Of a stretch of 64,000 bases of DNA, positions 17,336 to 25,570 are shown piece by piece. The notes below the pieces were generated by a model, which was not told the DNA's origin, made no database searches, and worked only from the letters and a program-made list of their open reading frames with translations. Position numbers and translations under genes: made by a program. Origin of the DNA: Enterobacteria phage GEC-3S; sequence record HE978309; one strand, given 5' to 3'. Each line of letters begins with the position of its first letter. The first letter of the stretch is position 1.

Positions 17336-19387
17336 TTACATTTTAAATTTATCTGGCATTGCGTCTACAGATACCAGATCAGCGATAAGCTGACGTAGAG
17401 TTGCCTTATCTGCTTTCTTACGTTCGGTTTTAGCTTCGCTAATGAAGCTGGAGAAAGACAGGTCAGAAGCAGGTTTAACAACACCCTCACGGATGAATGC
17501 ATCACCGTCCGCGATCATCTCGCCAGATTCTTGTAATGCTGCCAGTTCACTTTTGTTCATAATATGTGCCTCAATGTAATAAGTTTCTTGTGAATCCGTA
17601 GATGCCGTAGCACGAGTTACCGTATCAAAGGATAACACAACACCGCGAGGAAGTAAAATCTCGCATTCTTTGTAAGCAAATGCTTTGTTACCTACTGGCA
17701 ATACAGGGATGTTTTCCGCGCCAGCAATGGAGAAAGCAACATTAGCGCCACCTTCACCGCGAGATCCAGCCATAGAATCTACCCCAGCAACGGCACTAGC
17801 CACGTTTGCATTCCAGCCGCCAAAAATGTTAGGTGCAAGGGAAGTGCTCACGTAGTTTTTAAAGTAAAACGCTTTTTGCTTACGTGCAGTTTCCCACATT
17901 TGAGACCGGAAGTCCATACCACGATACAGAATAGTACCCGGATCAAGTTTAACGCCATAGTTAGAGAAGGCATTATCCAGTGCATCGCACATCTTGACCA
18001 ATTCTTCTGGATCTGCGATTCCCTCAAACTCTTCCAGCTTGCGATCAGTTAGGAAGTTGTTCATATTGATGTATGCTGCATCGGCATATTCGCTCAACAC
18101 AAAACCTTCCGCGCCCGGCAGATCAAGATCAATATCTGCCATCATTTCACCCATGTTGCTAGCAATTGCTTCAAACATACCGGAAGCAACATTACGAAGG
18201 GCATCGGTTTTAATCTGGGTGATATGACTACGCAGCATTTCAGCTTTTACATCTGCTGGCATAGACTGGTCTACTCGATCCATTGCCAGGGCGGTGATCT
18301 TGTTTTCGAATACTTCCTCGCTCATGATTTCTTTTAAGCGTTTGATTGATGCTGCGATAACTTCCGCAGACAACGGATCATATTGATCCTGAACTTTTAC
18401 CAGTTCGCTTACTGCGTATTTTGCATCGGCTTCGCTTTCAAAAATAGTACGCATGAAACCATAGCGAGTGATAATATCACTTGTCCAGTCATTCAGAGAA
18501 CGGGCGGTTGAACGTTCTAAGGCTTGACGGTCAATCAGAGTATTAAACTGTTTCTTAGGTTCTGCTTCGGTGATATCTTCTTCCGGTTTAAGATTAATTT
18601 TTTCTGGATGATTCACATAGTCGCTGTTATAGGTCGCTTGAGTTTTCAGCATTTCTTCTTTAGTCAAACGAGATTTAGCCGCTACGCGTTGTTCTGCTTC
18701 CGCGTTTCGTTCTTCTTCTGACACAAGACTAGCCGCATATGCCTCATCTTTAGTCAGAGATTCACCAGTAGCCTTAGATACCCAGCGATCACCTAAATCA
18801 CTTTCTACTTTAGTGAACAAGGATTCATCAAGTTTAATCCCTTTAATCTTATCAATCGCCATCCCGCGACGCTTGACAACAACTAAAGCGATCTTTTTGC
18901 TGGTCATTACTTCCTGCTGGAATACTTCAAACTTCGGTGTACGACGCACCAAACGCTCTATAACGCGCTTAACCAGTTCGGTCTTACCTTTCATGCGGGA
19001 TACGTTAAAACGGAACATAACAGCGTCTAATTGCGCTTTACGGGCTGTTTCCATAACCACATCAAACGCACTTGCCATAACTGCAATCGGGTTATCGCCT
19101 AGACCATTTTTAAGCTGTACAATACGACCGCTTTTGTTCATTTCGCACAGTACAACATGTGCGGTCTTGTCGCCCATACGAATGATTTTAGGTGTTTTGT
19201 TGGTGAAGTTACAAAGACGGACAATCACATCTTTATCGCGTGTCTGTACTGCAAAAAGCTGTTTAGGATTCTGCTTAGGCTTTAAGCACTGTACCGGAGC
19301 AATACTGCCAAAGTTTTCTTCCTCTTCCGTCAACAGCCATTTCTCGAAAGATTCAATCATTAGATCGTCGATTTCTAAGTTAAACAT
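17336..19387 (-). CDS. alt: Alt ADP-ribosyltransferase
   Basis: 683 aa (T4 Alt 682 aa), T4 position next to gene 54; ILYRGMDFR, NYVSTSLAP, YKECEILLPRG motifs. Confidence 0.85.
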   Translation of the reverse strand: MFNLEIDDLMIESFEKWLLTEEEENFGSIAPVQCLKPKQNPKQLFAVQTRDKDVIVRLCNFTNKTPKIIRMGDKTAHVVLCEMNKSGRIVQLKNGLGDNPIAVMASAFDVVMETARKAQLDAVMFRFNVSRMKGKTELVKRVIERLVRRTPKFEVFQQEVMTSKKIALVVVKRRGMAIDKIKGIKLDESLFTKVESDLGDRWVSKATGESLTKDEAYAASLVSEEERNAEAEQRVAAKSRLTKEEMLKTQATYNSDYVNHPEKINLKPEEDITEAEPKKQFNTLIDRQALERSTARSLNDWTSDIITRYGFMRTIFESEADAKYAVSELVKVQDQYDPLSAEVIAASIKRLKEIMSEEVFENKITALAMDRVDQSMPADVKAEMLRSHITQIKTDALRNVASGMFEAIASNMGEMMADIDLDLPGAEGFVLSEYADAAYINMNNFLTDRKLEEFEGIADPEELVKMCDALDNAFSNYGVKLDPGTILYRGMDFRSQMWETARKQKAFYFKNYVSTSLAPNIFGGWNANVASAVAGVDSMAGSRGEGGANVAFSIAGAENIPVLPVGNKAFAYKECEILLPRGVVLSFDTVTRATASTDSQETYYIEAHIMNKSELAALQESGEMIADGDAFIREGVVKPASDLSFSSFISEAKTERKKADKATLRQLIADLVSVDAMPDKFKM

Positions 19388-19427
19388 TTTATATCCTCTA
19401 GTTGATAACCTATAAACCTATATTTAT

Positions 19428-19455
19428 GAAAAAGGGGCTTAACGCCCCCTTTTAT
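19428..19455. terminator. Hairpin terminator between small early gene and alt
   Basis: AAAAA-GGGGC-TTAA-CGCCCC-TTTTA. Confidence 0.6.
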
Positions 19456-19667
19456 TATAATGCACCATCGAGCAATTGCTCTAAGGTGTATCCTGAATAG
19501 TCTTTTTCAATCAGGGTATATTTTCCTACTCGTTTAATACAACCGCGCATTTCCACGTATTCTGTGTAGTTGATGGTACGAGTTGTTCCATCTTCCAGTA
19601 ATGCAGTACCGATTTCGTTAATGCGGTCATAAGTTACGTCGGTAATGATGATTTCGATGTTAGCCAT
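19455..19667 (-). CDS. Hypothetical early protein (70 aa)
   Basis: ORF preceded by GGAG RBS and own sigma70-like promoter. Confidence 0.55.
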   Translation of the reverse strand: MANIEIIITDVTYDRINEIGTALLEDGTTRTINYTEYVEMRGCIKRVGKYTLIEKDYSGYTLEQLLDGAL

Positions 19668-19701
19668 TTGATACTCCTTAGTAGTTCGTTTCGGTATGGG
19701 T

Positions 19702-19733
19702 GTATTATGATATACACCCTCTGTTATGTCAAC
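19702..19733 (-). promoter_or_regulatory. Sigma70-like early promoter
   Basis: Minus strand AAAAAGTTGTTGACA ... CATAAT, conserved leader CCGAAACGAA plus GGAG RBS. Confidence 0.55.
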
Positions 19734-19739
19734 AACTTT

Positions 19740-19919
19740 TTAGAACATTTTTGAAATTAATTTTGCTTTGATTTCGCAGAGAACACCTAAAGATTTCTCG
19801 TCACCCGCTTTTGCTGCTTCTGATTGCATTTTTGAAATGGCTTCAATGTCAGTGCAATTATAAGCCGCTTGAACTTTAGCGATTGCGATGATTGCCGATT
19901 CGATGGTTAAGTGTTTCAT
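19740..19919 (-). CDS. Hypothetical early protein (59 aa)
   Basis: MKHLTIESAIIAIAKVQAAYNCTDIEAISKMQ...; RBS GGAGAATCAA; below ORF-track cutoff. Confidence 0.45.
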   Translation of the reverse strand: MKHLTIESAIIAIAKVQAAYNCTDIEAISKMQSEAAKAGDEKSLGVLCEIKAKLISKMF

Positions 19920-19951
19920 GTTTGATTCTCCTTTCGTTTCGGTATGTGTGC

Positions 19952-19981
19952 ATTATAGGGGATCACCGATCCCCTGTCAAC
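19952..19981 (-). promoter_or_regulatory. Sigma70-like early promoter with palindromic spacer
   Basis: TTGACA - GGGGATCGGTGATCCCC (17 nt) - TATAAT on minus strand. Confidence 0.6.
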
Positions 19982-19987
19982 AACTTT

Positions 19988-20506
19988 TTAGTTATTTTTT
20001 AATTGCTCATCTTGCAATAGGGAAATCACATGCTGGCGATGTTCTTCCGATTGAGGAACACCGAAAAAGTTTGTTTTGTAGAAATACTCTAATCGGTCTT
20101 CTCGTGTGCTCTCTTCCATCATGATCGCGGGTAGTCCGAGATTTCGGAAACGTCGCTTTTCTGCTGGCGTAAAATCACTGTAATACAACATAGAATCATC
20201 ATTACCCGCAATGCTAAATTCATCCTTCATAAAGGAGAATATTGCGTTTAAACGCTGTTTACCGTCCACGATTTCGATCTCATAGCGAGATCCATCATCA
20301 ATCTTAGCCATTGCGATAGCACCAACCGGAAAATCATTAATCAGGTTTTCGATAAACATACGTTTGTTTTCGGTGTCCCATACCAAAGGACGCTGATAAT
20401 CTGGGTTCATGTTGATATAGCCATCTTCTAACCACGCCTCATAAACAGAGATGACAAAGTTTTTAGTATTGGTATAGTAACGGCGTTTAGGCGTTAAACG
20501 GTTCAT
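19988..20506 (-). CDS. DUF262 / ParB-like nuclease-domain protein
   Basis: NPDYQRPLVWD ... IVDGKQRLNAI resembles DUF262 DGQQR-type motif; ATG at 20506 with GGAG RBS, adjacent to stop of upstream gene. Confidence 0.6.
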   Translation of the reverse strand: MNRLTPKRRYYTNTKNFVISVYEAWLEDGYINMNPDYQRPLVWDTENKRMFIENLINDFPVGAIAMAKIDDGSRYEIEIVDGKQRLNAIFSFMKDEFSIAGNDDSMLYYSDFTPAEKRRFRNLGLPAIMMEESTREDRLEYFYKTNFFGVPQSEEHRQHVISLLQDEQLKNN

Positions 20507-20507
20507 G

Positions 20508-20840
20508 TTATAGTCTCCTGAATGGATCATCACGTAAATCAATATCTTTTAAGAACTCATCCCATGAATGGCGGATATTGTTCTTAATTCTCCAGATAAG
20601 CGCAGGGATTGAACGCTCTCCCATCTGGAAGTAGGGATCATATGATCCGTATGCCCAATATGCTACTACAATTCCACAATCAGCGCAATAGTATTCTATT
20701 TCACTTGCTGGCGACCAAATTCCATCAATATGATCGGTGATCCTGCTTTCGATGTTATGGCTATGGCAATCAGGGCAACGGATGCAATGACCTTGTTTAT
20801 CGTAATTTGACGTTAGCGAATACTTAAACAATCTCATCAT
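20508..20840 (-). CDS. Cys/His zinc-ribbon-like protein (110 aa)
   Basis: CIRCPDCHSH ... CADCG; ATGA overlap with upstream methyltransferase-like gene. Confidence 0.55.
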   Translation of the reverse strand: MMRLFKYSLTSNYDKQGHCIRCPDCHSHNIESRITDHIDGIWSPASEIEYYCADCGIVVAYWAYGSYDPYFQMGERSIPALIWRIKNNIRHSWDEFLKDIDLRDDPFRRL

Positions 20841-21553
20841 AGATCCTTATTGGCTTCAAATACTGCCTTTGCGAATCCTCGCGGGGTAAGTGACCTGATA
20901 GTCTTTGTTCTGGTTCCTTTCCCGCCTAGCTTAGAATGCTGTTTACTGTACCCTTTATTAATATGCAACGGTTTCTTTTCTGGCATTATAAAGCCTTGTC
21001 CGGTCCATAAGCAAGTCTTTTTCGGGTACATATCACGGGCGGCGATATACTCAGGAAACGTAGGATGTTTATCATCTTCCGGCAAATAACCGCCATATTC
21101 CCACGGATGGAACATGTAATCAGGCTTACGCCACATACTAGAGATAACGCTTACAGGATTCTCTATCATGTAGGGAACTCCTAGCCATTCACCCAAATAA
21201 GCGGTTATTTTAGCTGCCCGTACATCATGAACTTGAATCAACGGTCCTTGTTCTCGTTTCTTTCGTTCAAAGTGTGCAGCGCCACTAACAGCTAAATTGG
21301 TACACGGTGGGAATGCAAAGATAATATCCGGTTTCCCCCATTCAAGGTCCATTGCTCTTTCCAGCCAGTTCAAATCAATCCAGGTGTTTACATAGGTAAT
21401 GTTTGGATGTTCAAATCTGGTATTATACTTTTTGTATGTACCGTGGTCGGCGTCATCCGCATTAAAGCAGACTACCTTATGACCTGCTTTAGCCCATTCT
21501 AGACCCATTATCCCCGATCCATCAAAGTTGCAGAATATTAATTTTTGTTTCAT
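20837..21553 (-). CDS. Compact DNA (cytosine-5)-methyltransferase-like protein
   Basis: Motif I FCNFDGSGIMG, motif IV FPPCTNLAVSG, motif VI MIENP, C-terminal RSLTPRGFAKA in canonical C5-MTase order; only 238 aa. Confidence 0.6.
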   Translation of the reverse strand: MKQKLIFCNFDGSGIMGLEWAKAGHKVVCFNADDADHGTYKKYNTRFEHPNITYVNTWIDLNWLERAMDLEWGKPDIIFAFPPCTNLAVSGAAHFERKKREQGPLIQVHDVRAAKITAYLGEWLGVPYMIENPVSVISSMWRKPDYMFHPWEYGGYLPEDDKHPTFPEYIAARDMYPKKTCLWTGQGFIMPEKKPLHINKGYSKQHSKLGGKGTRTKTIRSLTPRGFAKAVFEANKDL

Positions 21554-21795
21554 ATACGACCCTTTAACCCAGCACAGATTTTAGTCGGTTCTTTACCGTG
21601 CCACATTAAGTAAAGTCCGTTAATGCGACCTTGTTTTGTGTGTGATTCTTTTCTGATCTTCTTATAGTGTCGTGCTTCCTCAACTGATTGTTTAGAATAC
21701 CAATCATAAAGGAAGAGGCACAAAGGCCAACCATTAGCGGCCTTAATGCAGTTATTAAGAAATTCCTTATTGCGTTTAATTAATTTTCTTTTCAC
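21550..21795 (-). CDS. Hypothetical basic protein (81 aa), GTG start
   Basis: GTGA overlap with upstream gene and ATGA overlap with downstream gene. Confidence 0.45.
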   Translation of the reverse strand: MKRKLIKRNKEFLNNCIKAANGWPLCLFLYDWYSKQSVEEARHYKKIRKESHTKQGRINGLYLMWHGKEPTKICAGLKGRI

Positions 21796-22043
21796 GCTGC
21801 CCCCGTTGGTTTGATAGTAACAGAATCTAAAAGACCTTTGTTAGCCAGTTCGCGGCAAGTTTTCAGATCCGCAACTTCCCAGCCAGCCGCAATCAGGTTA
21901 TCAATCAGGCTGTTAGCAACTTCTTCGCTCATGAAAGAGCACTGTTTGCCGATGGTGTAGCGTACACGCTGTAATTTCAGTTTACGGAAGCCTTTAACGT
22001 TCAGGTCTTTAGCGATTTTCTTTGCGGTTTCGATGTTAGCCAT
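21792..22043 (-). CDS. Hypothetical protein (83 aa), first gene of five-gene operon
   Basis: Own sigma70-like promoter and GGAGAATCAA RBS. Confidence 0.55.
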   Translation of the reverse strand: MANIETAKKIAKDLNVKGFRKLKLQRVRYTIGKQCSFMSEEVANSLIDNLIAAGWEVADLKTCRELANKGLLDSVTIKPTGAA

Positions 22044-22083
22044 TGTTTGATTCTCCTAAGTGGTATCTCGTCTTGATGGTTGT

Positions 22084-22113
22084 ATTGTAGGGGAGTTATC
22101 CTCCCCTGTCAAC
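22084..22113 (-). promoter_or_regulatory. Sigma70-like early promoter with palindromic spacer
   Basis: TTGACA - GGGGAGGATAACTCCCC - TACAAT on minus strand. Confidence 0.6.
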
Positions 22114-22126
22114 ACTTTTTATAAAA

Positions 22127-22294
22127 TTATTTGTTAATTTCTGGTGCGTTGCTAGGATAGTAACCTTCTTTAACTCCGAGGTATTTCGCAACCATCCCTA
22201 CAATCTTCTGTGCTACTACAATGTCAAATTTCAGATAATCTTCGCCGTAGGTTTCAATGATATATGCTTCACATGCTGCTTTAGTCTCGAACAT
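22127..22294 (-). CDS. Hypothetical early protein (55 aa); paralog of 25403..25570
   Basis: MFETKAACEAYIIETYGEDYLKFDIVVAQKIVGMVAKYLGVKEGYYPSNAPEINK; near-identical C-terminus to 25403..25570. Confidence 0.45.
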   Translation of the reverse strand: MFETKAACEAYIIETYGEDYLKFDIVVAQKIVGMVAKYLGVKEGYYPSNAPEINK

Positions 22295-22329
22295 TTTGAT
22301 TCTCCTATATTTCGTTTCGGTATGGGTGT

Positions 22330-22359
22330 ATTATAGGGGATCTCCCGATCCCCGTCAAC
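22330..22359 (-). promoter_or_regulatory. Sigma70-like early promoter with palindromic spacer
   Basis: TTGACG - GGGGATCGGGAGATCCCC - TATAAT on minus strand. Confidence 0.6.
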
Positions 22360-22372
22360 AACTTTTTTAAAA

Positions 22373-22654
22373 TTATTCGTGATTAGTTTCGATGTTGTGC
22401 ATTTTGCACCAGTTCAGCCAATCGACCAGGTCTTGATAGTTGATGCTTTTATCTGCTGCCATCGTTTTTGTCTTGATACCCATATGTGCGTTATGAGTAA
22501 GCATTTTTACAGTGAACTCAATTTTATCGCCTTTAGCTTTAACATCAACCAGTTTGGTCCACTGGCTACCAGCGCCGCGAATGTTCATGCCAACGATGTT
22601 TCCGATGTATGCTTCTTTGTTTTTCAGGATTTCGGTTGCTTTGATGAATTTCAT
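22373..22654 (-). CDS. Hypothetical early protein (93 aa)
   Basis: ORF with own promoter and GGAGAATCAAA RBS. Confidence 0.55.
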   Translation of the reverse strand: MKFIKATEILKNKEAYIGNIVGMNIRGAGSQWTKLVDVKAKGDKIEFTVKMLTHNAHMGIKTKTMAADKSINYQDLVDWLNWCKMHNIETNHE

Positions 22655-22687
22655 TTTTGATTCTCCAGTTCGTTTCGGTATGGGTGT

Positions 22688-22717
22688 ATTATGCTATGTT
22701 CTTACTTTGGTGTCAAC
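22688..22717 (-). promoter_or_regulatory. Sigma70-like early promoter
   Basis: TTGACA - 17 nt - CATAAT on minus strand. Confidence 0.55.
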
Positions 22718-22724
22718 AACTTTT

Positions 22725-22994
22725 TTAGATATTTTCAGAAATAAATTTTAAAACTTGACGTAAATGTTTCTCATCTTTGATAGTCGCCGGAAGTTCTTCT
22801 TTTACTTCCTGTGCAAGATAGATATTTCCGTTCCAAGTGAAAGATCCGTCTTCGTTTACGCGATAGCTGAACATCCACTCGCAATCATTTTCGATTTCAT
22901 ATACACATAGAAGAGTATAATCTTCAAAGCTATTGATTTCAAGGTCGAAGCCGTGACGTTTTGCAAAGTTGGTAGTGGTTTTAGTCAGTGCCAT
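22725..22994 (-). CDS. Hypothetical early protein (89 aa)
   Basis: ORF with own promoter and GGAGAATCAAA RBS. Confidence 0.55.
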   Translation of the reverse strand: MALTKTTTNFAKRHGFDLEINSFEDYTLLCVYEIENDCEWMFSYRVNEDGSFTWNGNIYLAQEVKEELPATIKDEKHLRQVLKFISENI

Positions 22995-23034
22995 TGTTTG
23001 ATTCTCCTAAGTGGTATCTCGTTTCGATGGGTGT

Positions 23035-23065
23035 ATTATGCTATAGGCGTGATCTGGTGTCAATT
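23035..23065 (-). promoter_or_regulatory. Sigma70-like early promoter
   Basis: TTGACA - 18 nt - CATAAT on minus strand. Confidence 0.5.
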
Positions 23066-23086
23066 CTTTTTTTAAATTTTATGCAA

Positions 23087-23116
23087 TAAAAAAGCCGACG
23101 CTATGGTCGGCTAATA
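23087..23116 (-). terminator. Hairpin terminator after 23120..23428
   Basis: A-run then GCCGAC-GCTATG-GTCGGC on plus strand. Confidence 0.5.
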
Positions 23117-23119
23117 AAA

Positions 23120-23428
23120 TCATTTAGACAAATAATCATTCAGTGCAATCCGGTCGGCGTATGCTGGTGTTACGTCAATCGCAATCACTTTAACGCGTGC
23201 TTTCTTGCGACCTGGGTTTTCACGTAACCAGTGCTCATGACCGTGAACATTTTTATACTGCGATGCTTCTTCGAAGGTACGGATCGGACCTGGGTAATCA
23301 GCGTAAAGGATCTCTAGATCTTCGGTGATGTAAAAATATACATCGTAATTGCTGTTCTCTAGCTTAAGCAGAGACTTTCGGAACATTGGGAGATTTTCGC
23401 GGGTAAATTCAAAGATATTATCTTTCAT
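23120..23428 (-). CDS. HxHW-motif family protein (paralog 1 of 6)
   Basis: VHGHEHWL...VKVIAIDVTPAYADRIA shared pattern with five other ORFs. Confidence 0.55.
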   Translation of the reverse strand: MKDNIFEFTRENLPMFRKSLLKLENSNYDVYFYITEDLEILYADYPGPIRTFEEASQYKNVHGHEHWLRENPGRKKARVKVIAIDVTPAYADRIALNDYLSK

Positions 23429-23452
23429 AGTATTATCCTCAATAGTTGGATG

Positions 23453-23472
23453 AAAAGGGGCGTTAACGCCCC
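23453..23472 (-). terminator. Hairpin after 23479..23766
   Basis: AAAA-GGGGCG-TTAA-CGCCCC on plus strand. Confidence 0.45.
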
Positions 23473-23478
23473 CATATA

Positions 23479-23766
23479 TTAAAACAGTCCTTCCTGTACA
23501 CCGTAGTAGAGTTCGTCGCTGATAATTTCATTAATGCGACGGTGTGCATATTCCTGATTTGCGAAGTTGTCAGCAAGTTCTATTTTAGTTTCGCCGTCAT
23601 GAGTCCATTTAGTGATAACTTTACCATCTGCAAATTTGAAGTTGAACTCTTTAGCTACTGCATCGCGTACCAGACGTGCAAACTTATTGTTGCGGATTGC
23701 ATTGTCGGTTTCGTGTGCAGCGTGAGCAAATTTGTTAACTTTCAGAGTGATAGTGATGTATGCCAT
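23479..23766 (-). CDS. Hypothetical early protein (95 aa); shares AKEFN motif with 26806..27117
   Basis: ORF with own promoter and GGAGAATCAAA RBS. Confidence 0.55.
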   Translation of the reverse strand: MAYITITLKVNKFAHAAHETDNAIRNNKFARLVRDAVAKEFNFKFADGKVITKWTHDGETKIELADNFANQEYAHRRINEIISDELYYGVQEGLF

Positions 23767-23812
23767 AATTTGATTCTCCTAGTTAGAAAGTGTATCTCGT
23801 TTCGATGGGGAT

Positions 23813-23842
23813 ATTATGCTATATCCCCGATCCGGTGTCAAC
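23813..23842 (-). promoter_or_regulatory. Sigma70-like early promoter, palindrome spanning -10
   Basis: TTGACA ... GGGGATAT-AGCATA-ATATCCCC containing CATAAT. Confidence 0.55.
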
Positions 23843-23847
23843 ACTTT

Positions 23848-24126
23848 TTATAAAATAATTTTTTGATATTTTTCTATGATGTTCGTGTAAGTCACATCAA
23901 CCGCTAGCACTGTTGCTTCGAATCCACCGTTTAGCCAATGGCTATGATCATGGTCGTGAAAGAAACCTAGACCAGTACGAAGACCTTCTTTATATTCTGC
24001 GCGTACATTCAGTTTGTCGTCGATAAACAGATAAAACCATGAATTTTTACTAGGATTGATGATACAACCTTTCAGATTAGGGAGAATATCACGACTAAGA
24101 ATAAACTTATCACCTACTTTGAACAT
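23848..24126 (-). CDS. HxHW-motif family protein (paralog 2)
   Basis: FHDHDHSHWL...TVLAVDVT; internal ATG at 24126 with GAGGA RBS. Confidence 0.55.
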   Translation of the reverse strand: MFKVGDKFILSRDILPNLKGCIINPSKNSWFYLFIDDKLNVRAEYKEGLRTGLGFFHDHDHSHWLNGGFEATVLAVDVTYTNIIEKYQKIIL

Positions 24127-24130
24127 AATA

Positions 24131-24451
24131 TTAGTCCTCACTTATAAGGTCAAACCAATTGTTTTTCGCATAATGCTTAATGCGTGCTTGATCTGCTTCC
24201 GCTGGTGATAGATTCCATGCAACCACTACAACTTCTGACGCATCGTCATCAGTTTCCGATACCCAATGATTGTGATTCATACAGTTATTTGCTATCGAGT
24301 GAGCAAATGATTTCATCACTGGAGACGTATAATCATAGTAACGGATTTTCAGATTTTCATCAACATACAAATAGATCGTATAAGGTTTATATTCAGTAAC
24401 AAGTAACAGACAGTTACGCAATTCTGGGAAAATCTTTTTAGTTAATTTCAT
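24131..24451 (-). CDS. HxHW-motif family protein (paralog 3)
   Basis: MNHNHWVSE...VVVVAWNLSPAEADQA. Confidence 0.55.
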   Translation of the reverse strand: MKLTKKIFPELRNCLLLVTEYKPYTIYLYVDENLKIRYYDYTSPVMKSFAHSIANNCMNHNHWVSETDDDASEVVVVAWNLSPAEADQARIKHYAKNNWFDLISED

Positions 24452-24653
24452 ATTCTAGTTCTCCGTAATACACGGTAATCCATTTTTCTTCATATTTTGT
24501 ATCTTTCCAGCACACAATACCGTTTACTGTGCAATCTTTGGAATTGACGAATGATTCATATTGTTCCGCATCTTCCATCATTTCATGAGCGGTCTTTTCA
24601 TCGAATATATCGCAGATCGCTTTATATGCTCGATAATCTTTAAATTTGCTCAT
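24438..24653 (-). CDS. Hypothetical small protein (71 aa); tandem paralog of 24656..24865
   Basis: Both start MSKFKDY[RK]AY; internal ATG at 24653. Confidence 0.45.
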   Translation of the reverse strand: MSKFKDYRAYKAICDIFDEKTAHEMMEDAEQYESFVNSKDCTVNGIVCWKDTKYEEKWITVYYGELEYEIN

Positions 24654-24655
24654 AA

Positions 24656-24865
24656 TTAACACCACTCAAGAGTTTTTGAAAACACATCTATCCATTGTTG
24701 AGTATATGCGGTTTCTTTCCATGATACAATACCAGTCGAATAATGGTTTTTGTTTCCAGAAAAGGACGGGCATTTTGATGCATCTTCCATCATCTTTTCG
24801 GCGAACTCTGGTTCGTATACTCGCAAGATCTGTTGATATGCTTTATAATCTTTAAACTTACTCAT
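24656..24865 (-). CDS. Hypothetical small protein (69 aa); tandem paralog of 24438..24653
   Basis: ATGA overlap with upstream gene. Confidence 0.5.
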   Translation of the reverse strand: MSKFKDYKAYQQILRVYEPEFAEKMMEDASKCPSFSGNKNHYSTGIVSWKETAYTQQWIDVFSKTLEWC

Positions 24866-25146
24866 AACAACACCACCGATACATCGTAATCATTCGCGAC
24901 CTTATCGGCTTCTTCAACCGACATAATACCTTCTGCGACAATTGGCATAGGGTGATCGTGATTCCACCAATGGTCATGTATATCAATTTCAGTTTTGCCG
25001 GAAAATGAATCATGTTTGACGTTTTTCACTTTATACCCGATGTGACCGTCGTGGTCAATAAAGATATAGTTTCCGAAAATCGGTGTCTGTAAAATCATAC
25101 CGAAAAATTTTTCTTTGTTGTTCGGGTCGAGTGTAATCATTTTCAT
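24862..25146 (-). CDS. HxHW-motif family protein (paralog 4)
   Basis: IDIHDHWWNHDH...AEGIMSVEEADKVA; AAGAGG RBS. Confidence 0.55.
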   Translation of the reverse strand: MKMITLDPNNKEKFFGMILQTPIFGNYIFIDHDGHIGYKVKNVKHDSFSGKTEIDIHDHWWNHDHPMPIVAEGIMSVEEADKVANDYDVSVVLL

Positions 25147-25158
25147 AATATATTCCTC

Positions 25159-25338
25159 TTAGAAAGGGATGGTCATTTCTTGAGCTTGTACATTCTCGTT
25201 AGGATTAAACTTCATCCAACCGATATTGTCTACCAGCATATGCACATTTTTATCATATCCTACGTGAGTAGTCAACACTAAATGTGCTTTACATTCAACG
25301 ATGATTTCCATGTACTTCTGAACTTCGATAGCTTTCAT
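25159..25338 (-). CDS. Hypothetical early protein (59 aa)
   Basis: MKAIEVQKYMEIIVECKAHLVLTTHVGYDKNVHMLVDNIGWMKF...; GGAGAATCAAA RBS; below ORF-track cutoff. Confidence 0.45.
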   Translation of the reverse strand: MKAIEVQKYMEIIVECKAHLVLTTHVGYDKNVHMLVDNIGWMKFNPNENVQAQEMTIPF

Positions 25339-25370
25339 TTTGATTCTCCGTTTGTTGTCTTGATGGGAGT

Positions 25371-25400
25371 ATCTTACTACTCCCTTTAATCATTGTCAAC
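25371..25400 (-). promoter_or_regulatory. Sigma70-like early promoter (GGGAGTA...TACTCCC palindrome around -10)
   Basis: TTGACA - 17 nt - TAAGAT; palindrome identical to copies near 35.02 and 61.85 kb. Confidence 0.5.
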
Positions 25401-25402
25401 GA

Positions 25403-25570
25403 TTATTTGTTAATTTCTGGTGCGTTGCTCGGATAGTAACCTTCTTTAACACCCAGATATTTTGCAACCATTCCGGTGATCTTCTGTGCTACTACGATAT
25501 CGAATTTCAGGTAGTCTTCACCGTGGTTTGCTACAATGTATGCTTCGCATTCTGCTTTAGTCTGGAACAT
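25403..25570 (-). CDS. Hypothetical early protein (55 aa); paralog of 22127..22294
   Basis: MFQTKAECEAYIVANHGEDYLKFDIVVAQKITGMVAKYLGVKEGYYPSNAPEINK; internal ATG of ORF-track ORF 25403..25636. Confidence 0.5.
   Translation of the reverse strand: MFQTKAECEAYIVANHGEDYLKFDIVVAQKITGMVAKYLGVKEGYYPSNAPEINK

Noticed and set aside
19385-19430. T4-type late promoter for alt (minus strand ATAAATAT upstream of the alt start)
   Set aside because: Only a partial match to TATAAATA and overlapping the terminator hairpin; not reported as a feature.
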